A stretch of 63,804 nt of DNA, the filler included, from Octopus bimaculoides (lineage: Eukaryota): assembly GCF_001194135.2 (NCBI RefSeq). It is 7 parts of 7 records of this genome, joined end to end, with 100 filler letters (N's around TTAATTAATTAA, not from the genome) between each part and the next. Parts side by side here need not be neighbours in the genome. Positions count along the whole stretch, not along the records: positions 8,656 to 26,491 come from NC_068990.1; 6 more parts are not named here. One strand, 5' to 3'. The translations under genes were made by a program, and so were the position numbers. Shown one piece after another: positions 13,031-25,749 of this stretch. The notes under the pieces were generated by a model that was given only the letters and a program-made list of their open reading frames with translations, ran no database searches and was not told where the DNA came from. Each line of letters opens with the position of its first letter. Position 1 is the first letter of the stretch.

Positions 13031-13258
13031 TGAAATCATTTTTATTACAGGTGATGGATTAGCAGAATCATTAGAACATTGGAAAAAGTTACTTGCAGTA
13101 TGTCATCAACTTTTTGTGTTCTTGGTTCAAATCTTGTTGAGGTCAACTGTTTTATCCTTCTGGGAGTCAATGAAATAAAGTATCAGTCAAGTACTGGGGT
13201 TAATAGTATCAACTAACATCCTCCCTTGAAAACTGCAGGGCCTTAAATTAGAAACATG
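13031..13258 (+). mobile_element. SINE family A copy, old and CpG-decayed
   Basis: gtgatggattagcagaatcattag...gttcaaatcttgttgaggtcaactg...ttatccttctgggagtcaatgaaataaagtatcagt aligns by eye to the fresher copies at 29985 and 37256. Confidence 0.7.
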
Positions 13259-14467
13259 ATGCATAGTCAAGAAAGACATCAATCAATATCCCCATAGCAC
13301 CATACAATCTCTGAAGTCTGCCTTAATCAGCACTATGTTCCAAATTGATAAAGATCATCTCATTTAGGCATGTCAACACTTCCAGCCCAGTATTGAAGCA
13401 GCCATTAATGCTAATCGTGGATTCATTGAAAAGGTGTGATAGAAGGATTCTAGAGATTATTTGTCCTACTTTGTTTTCAAATATAGCTTTTATTTAATGA
13501 GGTATGAATTTTTTCGTAAATTGATACAAATGACCTAAAAAAACTGACACACCCTGTGGTAGTAGTACTATCATGAATTACTGGATTTGAATACACTACA
13601 CTCACATTTTGTCTATTAATTCTCATCTGAAGGGGCCTGTACACATTCTCTATTCCTGTTTGAAATAGCAGCAAAATCACCCTTGAATTACACCCTACTG
13701 TATTAAATATGATGAACTTAATCTTATATATACAGATTATATACAGTTCAAAGGTCTCTGCAATCAGAGCTGACCTGCAATTAAACAACATTAATAATAA
13801 TATTACTAACACTACTATGAACAATGACCAAACAAGGTCTGATATGGTGCTAAACAACAATATCCTTAGTTCTGTGGTACCAGTACCTAAAGAGGGTATT
13901 TTATGTATGGTGTGTCAACAGTTTCAATCAACAAATTAGAAACGTAGATTAGGTGAAATGGCTTTAGATCGAAAGAGAAAACTTGGTTCACACAACTGAT
14001 TGTTCTAGAAACTCTTATATTTCACTACTGCTATCTACATATTGCACATCTATGCAATTGGTTGACCTTCTAGAGGTAGCAGTCAAAACTCTCTCAACGC
14101 CCTGCTGTCATGAGAAAGGAAAGCTTCTTCACCAATGCAATCCAAGCAGTGCAACACCATTAGAAGAAGTGTGTGCACCACAAGGGGGACTATATTGAAA
14201 AATAAACCTCATTTGGACACATTCCATGAAGGTATTTTGGTCAGCCTATGAACTTTCCAGCCAACCCTCATAGTTTGAAATATCAATCATTCATTTCCTT
14301 ATTCTCTCTGAAGGGTGCTAACATAATTATTGTAGATCTAAGATAGAAATACATTTTTAAATATATATTTTAAATATATATTTTAATGCTTTAAATATAT
14401 ATTTTAATATTTAATATTTTAATGTTTATATTTTAATATTTTAATGCTTTTTATTTTAATGCTTTAG

Positions 14468-14531
14468 TCAGCAAGAATAGTCAGAGTCCATGTCATCTGC
14501 AGACCTTTCAGCATTCATATGATCATGATAT
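14468..14531 (-). CDS. Candidate terminal coding exon of an unidentified gene
   Basis: Strong acceptor ctctgtcccttacatttttcttgcag|. Phase-2 frame YHDHMNAERSADDMDSDYSC then TGA, followed by AT-rich sequence containing AATAAA just downstream. Confidence 0.4.
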
Positions 14532-15489
14532 CTGCAAGAAAAATGTAAGGGACAGAGTTCCTGAGGTTTAAAACTCTGGTGAGGGAGAATTAGAAAAAGG
14601 GACAAGTACATGGCCAAATGCAGCAACACAGTAAAGATTATGAAAGAAGGAGGGAAAATGTGTCAGATAGGCCAGGGTGGAAATGATAGCTAGTTCAGAA
14701 AAGCAGAGGCCATTGTAGTAGTGATAGAATAGGAAGAGAAAAAGACAGGGTTTAGTGTTGTTGTGGGCTGGTAAGGGCATCTTTGCTAATTAGTTAAAAG
14801 GCAAGGATGAGCAATTGATCAAACCTAAAGTATTTCTGGTTCTATAAAAGAAGCCTGAATATTGACTTGCAATTTTAACTTTTATTATATACATGGCGCA
14901 AGAGTGGCTGTGTGGTAAGTAGCTTGCTTACCAACCACATGNNNNNNNNNNCCACAGTCAAATGACTGAAACAAGTAAAAGAGTAAAGAGTAAAGAGTAT
15001 GGGGTCACCGTGTATAAAACATAGTTTTGCTGATAAACCATTAGAGGAGCAGTGACCTGCTCACAAGACCTGCTAAGAATAGCAGCAAAATTCCCTTCAC
15101 GTCCCACCTTACCTAAATAGTGAGAGTTAAGAAGGCACGACAGTGAGGGTGAATGAGGCAGAACAAAGTACTAATTAGTCAGGTATTTATTTATCAATCT
15201 CTATTTATACTTTTAATGATAGATTTGTTCAGAGTTGACTGAGAGTTGAACAACAGCAACAATGGCATAGTTTACCTGCATGATGAAACTAATATTCATA
15301 TTGAGCTTTTAGCAGTATGGTACTTGCGTAAATTGACTGTAAAGTTTAGAACGTTTTGAAGTTATCAAAATAGGGTTTAACTCATGCAGTTATGATGCTG
15401 AGAAAAAAACGGTATCTACCCATAGAGATTCTGAGACTTCACATAGTTTGTGCATACTGGTGTTAGTTTGACACTCATTAAATTGAGGA

Positions 15490-16282
15490 AGATGATGATG
15501 AAAATGGATCAAAATGGTATTGAGAATGATAAAATTGATGATGATGATGATGATGATGACAGCAGTGATGGTGAATGACAATAACTGCAATTATATCAGC
15601 AACAGTTATCAGGATGGCGATGGTAGTGATGATGATGATAATAATATCTGTGATTATTATTATGACGGTAATTATCAAAATAATGGACAGTGATTATTAT
15701 CAATATGATAATGATGATAATCATCGCCATCGTTATTATGATGATGATACTGATGATAATGATAACTGATTATAATGATGATGATGATGGGATGACAATG
15801 ATGATAATGATGACACTGTTGATCTTCATTATGATACTGATGCTGCTGATGATGGAGATGGTGCTGTCAAAGACTGCAGTGATAGCGGTGATTAAAAGAG
15901 AGAATGAGAAAGAAGTTGTGCAAAAGTACCACGCCTGTTGCAGTTGTCATGGTTAAAGTTGTTCCTGAGCAGATGTGTTTAATCTTTGCAAACATGGATT
16001 AGAGATTAAAAGAACATTGATAAATGACAACAGGGGTAATGATGATTATGATAGTAATGATGGTTGTGATGACAATGAATATGACAAAGATGATGACAGT
16101 GGTTTCAATGACGATGATGTTGATGATGATGATGATGATACTACAATAGTGGTAGTGGCCATTATGAGAATGAGGATGACAATGACAGATGGAAGATAAT
16201 CGTGAAGACAAGGGTTGTGGCGGCAGTGGTGGTGGTGGTGGCGGCGGCGGTGGTGGTGGTGGTGGCGGCGGTGGTGGTGGAT
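15490..16282. repeat. Degenerate (GAT/TGA)n and (GGT/GGC)n trinucleotide region
   Basis: Directly visible; it is the source of the poly-I/M/D/H pseudo-ORFs. Confidence 0.9.
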
Positions 16283-16453
16283 TTTAACCATTATTTTTAT
16301 CCTCTTGCTGTTACTGTTTCTAACACTGAATTATCGTCAAACATTAGGGTCATGTATAATTGATTAACTGACCCTTACATTTTGACTGGTAATTATTACC
16401 TTGAAAGGATCTTGGTAATTCACTGGTATTTTATTTTATCAAAATAAAAGGGT

Positions 16454-16758
16454 AAAAGACCTGGAAATAGAGATAACTCGAATGTGGAATCTAAAAACAG
16501 AAACAATTCCTATCATAGTAGGTGCCTTAGGTATAATAAAAAAAAAACATTCAGACAAATACATAAAAAAAACATCAGGACTTACAAATATATATAACAT
16601 AGAGAAAATTGCACTACTGGGCACTGCACACATCCTACGCAAATTACTTTCAATACAGTAACCATAAGAGCATCACAGCAAACCATAGCACATACCCAAG
16701 GCACACAGAGCTGCGCTCGGTAGTGAAGTGAAAGCATGTTATAAATATAAAACTACTG
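16454..16758 (+). mobile_element. 3' end of an R4/Dong-type non-LTR retrotransposon (REL C-terminus plus 3' UTR)
   Basis: Translates KDLEIEITRMWNLKTETIPIIVGALG...KIALLGTAHILRK, then a stop and a ~90 bp UTR ending directly in (AAT)n. Confidence 0.85.
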
Positions 16759-16781
16759 AATAATAATAATAATAATAATAA

Positions 16782-17117
16782 GTAGGAGAGCATCATAGCC
16801 GTGTGCTGAGAGGAATTTTTTGTGGCTTGAATAATTCACCCCTGAAAACATGGGTGTTTCGTTCATCATCCTTAAACAAACCTTATTCAGGGACCTTTTG
16901 AGCAGGATGGGCTACTCAACCTGACAAAAATTTTAACTGGGCCCCACTTGTGAGGTCATGCATAGTTTATCTTGATTTAAGATCACCATGTCGTGCACAT
17001 ATGGTTGTGATGCATGTACCTGGTGTACCCTTATCAGACGGGTAGTCATGATAGGTACATCAGGTTTGTATATATTACCCCAGTGTCACTTTGATAGCAT
17101 GCACTGCTCTCTCACTC
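16782..17117. mobile_element. Partial copy of a (TAA)n-embedded non-coding repeat
   Basis: Reverse complement of the elements at 28325-28880 and 28995-29511. Ends ...gcactgctctctcactc followed by (AAC/AAT)n. Confidence 0.8.
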
Positions 17118-17135
17118 AATAACAACAACAACAAC

Positions 17136-17188
<53 letters not shown>

Positions 17189-17199
17189 TAATAATAATA

Positions 17200-19292
17200 A
17201 GGCATAATAATAATAAGGCAAAAGGCATAAAACTAAAAAAGAAAACTGCTCAACAGAAGAAAAGACAACCAAAATGGAAAGAAAACTTAGAAAAGGATAT
17301 ACAATGCATGAGAGGTGACCTATCAATACTGACTGAAATAAGTAACGGAAACCAGGTCAACCAACGAAAAGCCAATAAAATATGCAAAAAGAATGGGATC
17401 AAGCAAAAAAATGAAGTACCTGAAGCAAAAGAAAACCTAAAGCAAAAAATCCAAGCAAAGGCATAACGACTGTCACGATATATAAAGAGAAGCAAACAAT
17501 TTAGACAAAACAAATTATTTAAAGAAGATGGAAAGAAATTTTACAGGGAGCTCGGTAAGCAACAAATAAATGTTGAGCAATGGCCAAAGAAAGAGGATAT
17601 AGAAAATTTCTGGAGTACGATATGGGAAAATGAAAAACAACATAATGAAGGTACAGAATGGATTAAGGAACATGAAACACTCCTGAAAAATAAAAAGGTA
17701 TAGGAATGGGAAGATATTCACAAGGAGGAGGTCACCCTGGCCCTGAAAAAGGCCAGCAATTGGAAGTCACTGGGAATAGATCAAGTACTAAACTTCTGGA
17801 TCAAACAGCTAGTTGATATACATGGAGATATGTCATCAGCATACAACGAAATCATGAAAAACCCAGAAAATAGCCCAGACTGGTTGACACAGGGAGTGAC
17901 ATACCTAATACCCAAAACAAATGGCACAGAAAACCCAAAGAACTATAGACCAATCACCTGTCTACCAACACTGTATAAAATATTAACATCTGTAATCACT
18001 GAAAGAACATACACATTCCTAGAAGAAAACAACCTACTACCACCAGAACAAAAAGGTTGTCGAAGGTGGAGCTACGGATACAAGGACCAATTGCTGATAA
18101 ACAAAATGATCCTTGAAGACTGAAAAACCAGGAAAACGAACCTGAGCACATCATGGATCGACTATAAAAAGGCGTTCGATAGTGTACCTCACTCATGGAT
18201 TCTGAAAGTGATGGAAGTATACAAAGTATCCCTGACTCTCATCAAGCTTATGAAACACAGCACGAATACATGGGAAACTATGTTGGCGCTGAACCATTCC
18301 AGTGGATCAATAACAAGCAGACCAATCAAAATCAAAAGTGGTATCTTCCAAGGGGACTCGCTGTCACCGTTAATATTCTGTTTGGCACTGGCACCATTAA
18401 GTACCATGCTCAACAAAACTGGGTATGGATATGAGATCAAGAAGGAAAAAGGGAATCATCTGTTCTACATGAATGATCTGAAAATGCACTCAAAAAATGA
18501 CGAACAACAAGAAGGTCTACTTGCTACAGTCAAAAAGTTCAGAGATGATATCAGGATATCAGGATGCAGTTTGTACTGGAGAAATGCACGAAAGCCACTT
18601 TCATAAGAGTCAAACTGGCATGTTCTGCGGATATCCACATAGATACAGAAGCAAGAATCTGAGCAATGGACCTGGAAGAAGCATATAAATACCTTGGCAT
18701 AGACGAAAGTAACGGCATAAAACATTCAGCAATGGAAGAGAAGTTTAGAAAAGAGTACTACAGGAGAGTGTGGTTAGTAACAAAGACTGAACTCAACACT
18801 GCAAATAAAACAGAAGCCATTAACACTCTTGCAGTACCAATTGTAGCTTACAGTTTCAACATAATCAACTGGCAAATGAAAGAAATAAAGAAGCTAGACT
18901 CCAGGACCAGAAAACTACTAACCATGGCTCGAATGAACCACCCAAAAGCAGACGTGAACAGGTTATTTACTGAGAAGCATGGGAGGAAGAGGACTAACTC
19001 AATTAGAATTATCATACAAAACCACCACTGTAGGATTAAATACAAATCTTGAGCTGTCAAAAGATCCTCTAATGAAGCTTGTGCACCAGCGTGATAAAGT
19101 AAAGAAGCTATACTTGGTATAAAAAGAATCTGTACAGTTTGAGAAACAACTGATGATGGAGGAACCTAGGATGAAGGCGAGTGAGAAAGTAACCTAGTTT
19201 GCTAAAAGAGTTAAGGAAGAGATGAAATAATAAGCCCAGAAGAAGAGCAAAGAAGAATGGCTAGAAAAACCGATGCATGGCCGATACCCATG
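17200..19292 (+). mobile_element. R4/Dong-type LINE reverse transcriptase region, degraded (pseudogene)
   Basis: RT motifs NYRPITCLPTLYKILTS, EQKGCRR, WIDYKKAFDSVPHSW, GIFQGDSLSP and HLFYMNDL (YMDD site mutated), plus YKYLGI. Contains stops and frameshifts and starts in a (TAA)n tract. Confidence 0.92.
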
Positions 19293-19971
19293 TGCCTCAC
19301 TAAGTTTCATCTAACCCATCCCAGCTTGAAAAACCAAACATGAAAATAATGATGATGATGGTGGTGGTGGTAGTAGTAAAAGTTAAATCAAAATACACAC
19401 ACACACACACACACACATTCACACACATAATTTGATTAGTGGTTGCTCCAATTTTTCACTTGATTTTGGAATAATGAGGTGACAGTCACTTGGTATTTTT
19501 GTCAGCTTGTTTCAAATAATAAAACATCAAAAGAACAATTAAAAACAGAAAAACCAAAAACAACAACAAAAAAAAATGAATGATAAGTATAGATTTTTTT
19601 ACACCTTATTATTTTTTGTTCAAACTGGATCCCATTCACTCAACTGTATCCAGTTTCACACTCTTACTCTTGATAAGTTGATGGATGTGCAAAACAGTAA
19701 AAATAAATCAATGAAATTTGTAGAATAGTGAAATAAAACACACACACACACACACACTAAAAATACTAAAAATATACACGTAAGACTAAACACATCTGTC
19801 TCCTGTCTCCCACTCCACCTAAACACTAAAAAGAAAGAAAAAAAGAAAATACGAAAAAGGAAAACCAAGGTCAGAAATACAAAGTCTAGGTTTTAGCTTC
19901 TATTTCTTTTTTTCTCTTAACAACAAAGCTTTTTAGTGATCCCTGTACTTGCATTGTATACATGCAGGCAT

Positions 19972-20086
19972 GGAGGTGCAATGGCCCAGTGGTTAGGGCA
20001 GCGGACTCATGCTCATAGGATTGCAGTTTCGATTCCCAGACCGGGCGTTGTGAGTGTTTATTGAGCGAAAACACCTAAAGCTCCAT
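19972..20086 (+). mobile_element. tRNA-derived SINE family D, truncated and CpG-decayed
   Basis: ggaggtgcaatggcccagtggttagggcagcggactc...tttcgattccc head with A/B-box-like motifs; same family as 33386-33756. Confidence 0.8.
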
Positions 20087-21120
20087 GTAAAAAAACAAAA
20101 AAGTTAACATATTTCTAATATTTAGAGAGAAGTCCAGTGACACAAATACTATGTCTAACCCCTTGTTCTGTCACACCTTATAAATATGTGTGTGTTTATA
20201 AATAAACTTGTACTCCATATTTATATATATACATATATATATACACATACACTTACACATTAATACACATACACACAAACATGATATCCTCAAACACACG
20301 TCTCACACATATATGGAAATGCTGATGCAGCTATAGACATTTATGCACCAAACACTTGCACAAGTTCATACACATATGTATACATACATGCACATAAATG
20401 TATCCCTCCACACACATCCATCTCCCACTGCAACAGCATAAAATATTTATGACTATTTATATTCTTCCCAGCTTAGTCACTATGTTTGGCTATTCCCTCC
20501 CTACTACTGTGTCTAATAAAAACATTTAGTTTAACTAAATATGCTCATTAAGGGCGGAGAACAAATGGTATTAACATTATCTCCTTTCTTCCATCTCTCC
20601 TTCTTCTTCTTTTCTCTATTTCTTACAATTTGTCAACCTCTCATTTTATCACACACATGTCAGATGTTTGTTTTTGTTCCATGCATAAACATAGTCACTG
20701 AGTCACATAAGTTTTAGCTTGCTCTGGTCATTGGAGTGCTAAACCAGCTGTCTTAAATGTAGGTTAACTCCATAATATTGGAAGAAATTGGTGATGAATC
20801 TGCATTGGTAATAATCATTCCAAATGAGAGTTTATAAAAGAATTTGATAAACTCAATTGTTATAAGGTGAGAAAGATCTAAGGCTACAGGCTTTTGGCCT
20901 TCATCTCTGAGTGAGGAATACCACAATCTAGAAAAATGTCTTAAATCATTTGAAAGTTCATGACCTGTTACCAGAGTAACATCAAGCCCTGTCCAAAGGG
21001 TGCGATGCAACAATTCACAGTAATTTAATTCACTAATTCAAACACAAATGGAAGATTTAACCTGTTTATTTTGGGAAGGTTCAGATTTCAATTGGTTCCA
21101 ACTGACTGGTCGTAAGTGTC

Positions 21121-21270
21121 AGAGCAAAATTATAATGTTGTGGTCAGCAATGAGTATAGTGGTGACTTTATAGTGCAGGTAGGAATTCACCAAGGGCTGA
21201 TTCTTAGCCCCTATTTTGCTTATCAAAGCACTCCAGGCCAATAACAAGAATTTAAGACTGGTTACCTTGA
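21121..21270 (+). mobile_element. Short RTE-type RT fragment
   Basis: Translates NEYSGDFIVQVGIHQGLILSPYF, matching the RT motif VGVHQGSVLSPLLF. Confidence 0.6.
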
Positions 21271-21656
21271 AATTGGATAGACAGAAATGGTATAGCAGCC
21301 CAGCTGTTGAATTGTTGATTGTACCTGAATTCTAAAGTTCGAAAGTGACTGCCTTATTACATATGATGAATTACATACTGAATCCTCATCACCAAATGAT
21401 GGAGATCCACAAGCAGCATCACCACCAAAACCACCACCACCACCACCACCACATATTTCATACCTTGTTTAATGTTGTCTAAAATGTTTAAATTTTTGAA
21501 CATTCTAAGACACATTCAATGGTAGAAATATTTTGGAAGATTGTCAGGATAAATATTAGTTTTAAAAATAGTTTAAAGCATTTGTGAATGTAAATAACTT
21601 GTCATAGAATAAATGTACAAAATAAATTCAGTGTAATATTGGTGTCAAATTTTGGC

Positions 21657-21849
21657 ACAAGGCCAGCAGTTTCAGAGAGTGTTGGGTAAGTCAATTACAT
21701 CAACCCCAGTTCTCAACTGGTACTTATTCTATGAACCCCCAACAAGATGAAAGATGACCTCAGTAAAATTTGAATTCAGAATGAAAGACAGATAAGATGC
21801 CTCTGAACATTTCGCCCAGTGTGCTAACATTCCTGCCAGCTCACCACCT
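21657..21849 (-). mobile_element. SINE family A copy, CpG-decayed
   Basis: Reverse complement begins ggtggtgagctggcaggaatgttagcacactgggcgaaatg. Confidence 0.75.
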
Positions 21850-22021
21850 TAAACTCAGCGAAATATTGCAATGAAAATATGTAAAGAATGCAAGATCAAT
21901 CTGATAAATGGCAGGAATTAACACAGCAAAGATTAGCACGAAATATTTATATTTATAAAATTCTTCAGGAACTTAGTTCAACAACGACAGTCCTTCCCTA
22001 ATGTCATTACAACATGTGTGT

Positions 22022-22053
<32 letters not shown>

Positions 22054-22231
22054 ACACATACATACACACACACATACATACACACATAGATATGCACACA
22101 AGCACATGTGCATGTGCGCACACATACACATGCACGCACACACATAGGTGCAGCTGTAGCTGTGTGGTAAGAATTTTGCTTCTCAACCACATGGCTGCAG
22201 GTTCAGTATCCCTAAATAGCAGCCAGCCCCG

Positions 22232-22270
<39 letters not shown>

Positions 22271-22888
22271 NNNNNNNNNNNNNNNNNNNNNNNNNNNNNN
22301 NNNNNNNNNNNNNNNNNNNNNNNNNNNNNNNNNNNNNNNNNNNNNNNNNNNNNNNNNNNNNNNNNNNNNNNNNNNNNNNNNNNNATATATATATATATAT
22401 ATATATATATAGTAACAGAAAAGGAGGAATTTTGATTATCCCCACGTGGTGAATTGTAATATATATAAGAAATTAAAGAAGGAAAATGCACACACTTTAC
22501 ATAGTTTTAATATAATCTTTGATATATTTTTCTACTTGTTAAATCATTCACTCACTCATAAATATCATCACACACAACACGGACAAAAAAAATCTTTTCT
22601 TAAGAAAATACATATTTAAATAAGTAAATCTTAAAATCATGAATAGCAAAAGCGAAACCGGTCGATATATTAAAACTAAAGTGTGTGCATTTTCCTTCTT
22701 TAATTTCTTATATATATATATATACACACATACATATATGCATACATATATGCATACATATACATACATGCACATATTTATATGTATATACACACATACA
22801 CATGAGTTGGACCAAAATCAATGTAAAAGTGGGCATAACTTTTCTATGTTTATTGAGTAACTCGTCCTTCTTTTCTTCTTCATTGCAG

Positions 22889-22940
22889 GTGAATATTGGG
22901 TTTCAACTAGGAACACATGCTATCATTGAGTTCTTCAAAG
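22889..22940 (+). CDS. Candidate coding exon (52 nt)
   Basis: Strong acceptor tccttcttttcttcttcattgcag| and donor AAAG|gtgaga. Only one frame is open: VNIGFQLGTHAIIEFFK. Protein not recognised and no partner exon confirmed. Confidence 0.35.
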
Positions 22941-23506
22941 GTGAGAGCAACCAGTGTGACATCCACAAAGCCACATGACGTTAACAAAGATAGATGAACA
23001 CATTTAAGAAGAGGAAACCAACATTGAAGACAAACCATGCAATGAGAAACCACCAACAGTAATCACTGACATGAATCACTAATAAGTGAATGTATCAATT
23101 AGTGTGGACACACAAATCATAATCCATGAAAACAATAACTGAACCAAGAGTAACATCTTGAATTGTAATTAAATTTCAATAGGTTAAACACATTGATATA
23201 ACATAATTAAAAAGAAACCTCTCTCTCTCTCTCTTTCTCCCCCCCACTCTTTGCTTTTCTTTCTCATTTGTCCTGCTCCCTATCTTCCTCTCTTCACCCT
23301 TTCTGTGAAAAACAAAATTTCTCCTTTTCTAAACAAAACAAAACAACATTCACTCTTCGATTCATATTAAAGATGAAGAAACTTTCTGTTTTTATTATCT
23401 TGGTTTTATTATCTTGAAGGGTTCGGTTAAACAAACGAAAGCACTNNNNNNNNNNNNNNNNNNNNNNNNNNNNNNNNNNNNNNNNNNNNNNNNNNNNNNN
23501 NNNNNN

Positions 23507-23544
<38 letters not shown>

Positions 23545-23787
23545 AGGTATGAGTGGTATTGGTGTCAAGAAGACCCAAAGGTAGCAGGTAATGCTGAGTA
23601 AGTGCTGTGGACAGACTACAGTTAAGCTCCAGGTTTGATAATGATACAAATGAGGAGTCTAACGTAGGTCGTGCATTAGCAAGCACATATATAGAAGTTA
23701 ACAGAATGAGATAAAAAATGCAAGGCTGTGAATATGGTTATAATTATACCATTTTGCTTGTGTATCTCTTTGGATCATTATTATATA

Positions 23788-24820
23788 AAGAGGGGTTGGA
23801 CAAAATAATGGAAACACCTTAAAATTTCAAACAGATTTATTTTAATATGGGGTAGGACCACCTTTGGCAGTAATTACAGCTTGAATTCTGCGAGGTATGG
23901 ACTTGTACAAAGTTTGAATTGTTTCTGAAGGAATTTTTGTCCATTCTTCAGCTAAAACAGTCTCCAGTTCTTGTAGTGATGATGGTGGAGGATATCGACT
24001 CCTTACTTGTTTTTCTAAAATGCACCATAAATGTTCAATAATATTGAAATCTGGGGACTGTGGTGGCCAGGTAAGATGTTCAACTTCACTAGACTGTTCC
24101 TTGTGCCATTCAGTAATAACTTTAGCTGTGCGAATTGGTGCATTATCACCCTGAAAGATTGCGTTTCCCTCCAGAAACAGTTCCACAACCATAAGATGAA
24201 TTTGATCAGATAAAATGCTTACATAGTCTTGACTATTAATTCTGCCATGATGGGAAACCATTGGGCTGGCAGATTTCCAAGATGTAGCCCGCAGATTATC
24301 ACAGACCCTCCTCCATATTTAACAGTTGGAAGAAGGCAATCTGGGTCAAATGCTTCTTTTGGCTGTCTCCATATGTATACTTGGCCGGTGGTCGGAAATA
24401 GGGTAAAGGATGACTCATCTGAGAAAATTCCACTGCTCTAGGGACCAACTTTGTAGGTTTTTACTCCACTCTAAACGCTTTTTGAAAGTAGTGGTTTTCT
24501 GATTGCAGCCCTCCCGTGAAATCCGGCTTTGTGCAGCTCCCAGCAAACAGTTTTTGTGGAAACTGGGTNNNNNNNNNNGCTCCCAGCAAACAGTTTTTGT
24601 GGAAACTGGGTTCTTGAGGTGGTCATTAAGCTCTGCAGTAATTTTGGGAGCTGTACTTTTGTAATCCTATCTAACAATTTGCATAATAGTCCAATGGTCC
24701 CTATCTGAAAGTTTTGGTTTTCTTCTGGAGTTTTATTTCCCCAAGGAGGTTTTTCCCTCTTTCTCAAAGGCTGTCATTACTTTCAAAGACAGTACTTCTT
24801 GATACACCAAACATTTCTTT
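23788..24820 (-). mobile_element. Tc1-family (DD34E) transposon, one end truncated, transposase pseudogene
   Basis: ORF 23842-24261 has FQGDNAP...WPPQSPDFNIIEHLW...IPRRIQAVITAKGGPTPY. HTH remnant EMFGVSRSTV near 24820. TIR-like ggggttggacaaaataatggaaacacct at 23790. Confidence 0.92.
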
Positions 24821-25246
24821 GTGAAATTACTCTGAAATAAATCTTTGCAGAAAGGTGAGTAGATTGATTACATTATGTTATCGCAGTTTTATGAGATTTG
24901 GGTGTTATTTCTAGCATGTGCCTAGCCTGCTTGAAGGCCTGGGATATATATATATTTTTGTTGAAAAATTGATTTTGAAAAAAATTTGACATGTGTCAGT
25001 ATGCATGTGTGCGCACCCACTATTTTCATCTTTTACATTATTTTCCATTATAATTATCGTCTATACCATCTGAAAAGTAGCTGCCCAAAATTTCTTTTTA
25101 AAATATCCCTTTCCCAGGAGGACCGGGGTTGGGATATGTGAGTAAGTGTGTCAGTTAAGTTTAGTTACTGGGATTGCAGGTGGGGCTATATACTTTAAAG
25201 AATATCGGAAGCGAGTACTTGGGCGAAAGGCAAACAAGGAACTCAC

Positions 25247-25284
25247 TTTTGATTCTCAATCATAGACTTTTTTTCTGTTGGTAC
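25247..25284 (-). CDS. Candidate second exon carrying an ATG (MIENQK...)
   Basis: Acceptor ttttctttttctaaactaaatatag| and donor |gtgagt. ATG at 25263-25261 and the exon ends in phase 2. It may instead be a 5' UTR exon with an upstream ATG. Confidence 0.3.
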
Positions 25285-25749
25285 CTATATTTAGTTTAGA
25301 AAAAGAAAACATTGAAAGATAACGCCAATACTTATGTGTAGAAGGATACAGTCTATTCAAGCAACTGGTTTTTCACTGGGAATTATTTTATTAACCCCAG
25401 GAGGACGATAACTAAAGATGGACTCTTCGGAATTTGAACCGAGAACGGCAAAATACCGAAAGGTAATTTATCCGTTCACTCAACTGTTGCTACATTCTAC
25501 TAGCTATATATCGTGGAAAGGGGGAATTGATTACGTCTCTGACAATAATATAAGAATATTCCGCTTTTACAACTTTTTTTTTACTATCAGATATATTATA
25601 TATCCATTTAAGCTTTGGAACAATACAGGTTTCCATAGCCTGTACCAAAAGTTAAAAATTTACCCGCAAATCAATGTTTTATTACGAAAGTCTATTTCGA
25701 TCTGAGAACGTTTGTGTAATTAAAATAATCCTAGATTATCTTCATTCAA

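Noticed and set aside
15045-15115. Minus-strand exon-like segment with a good polypyrimidine tract
   Set aside because: It overlaps a dispersed repeat (aatagcagcaaaat...) also seen near 10.74 and 13.66 kb, and the donor is poor.
19972-20045. tRNA-like sequences (also 33386, 35681, 37256)
   Set aside because: They are SINE heads continuing into SINE bodies, not complete cloverleaf tRNA genes.
20762-20866. Apparent plus-strand exon (ag|GTTAAC...TATAAG|gtgaga)
   Set aside because: On careful reading the frame hits TAA at agtttataa, so it is not open end to end.
24532-24612. Direct repeat gctcccagcaaacagtttttgtggaaactgggt on both sides of a 10-N gap
   Set aside because: Typical unmerged contig overlap inside the Tc1 element.
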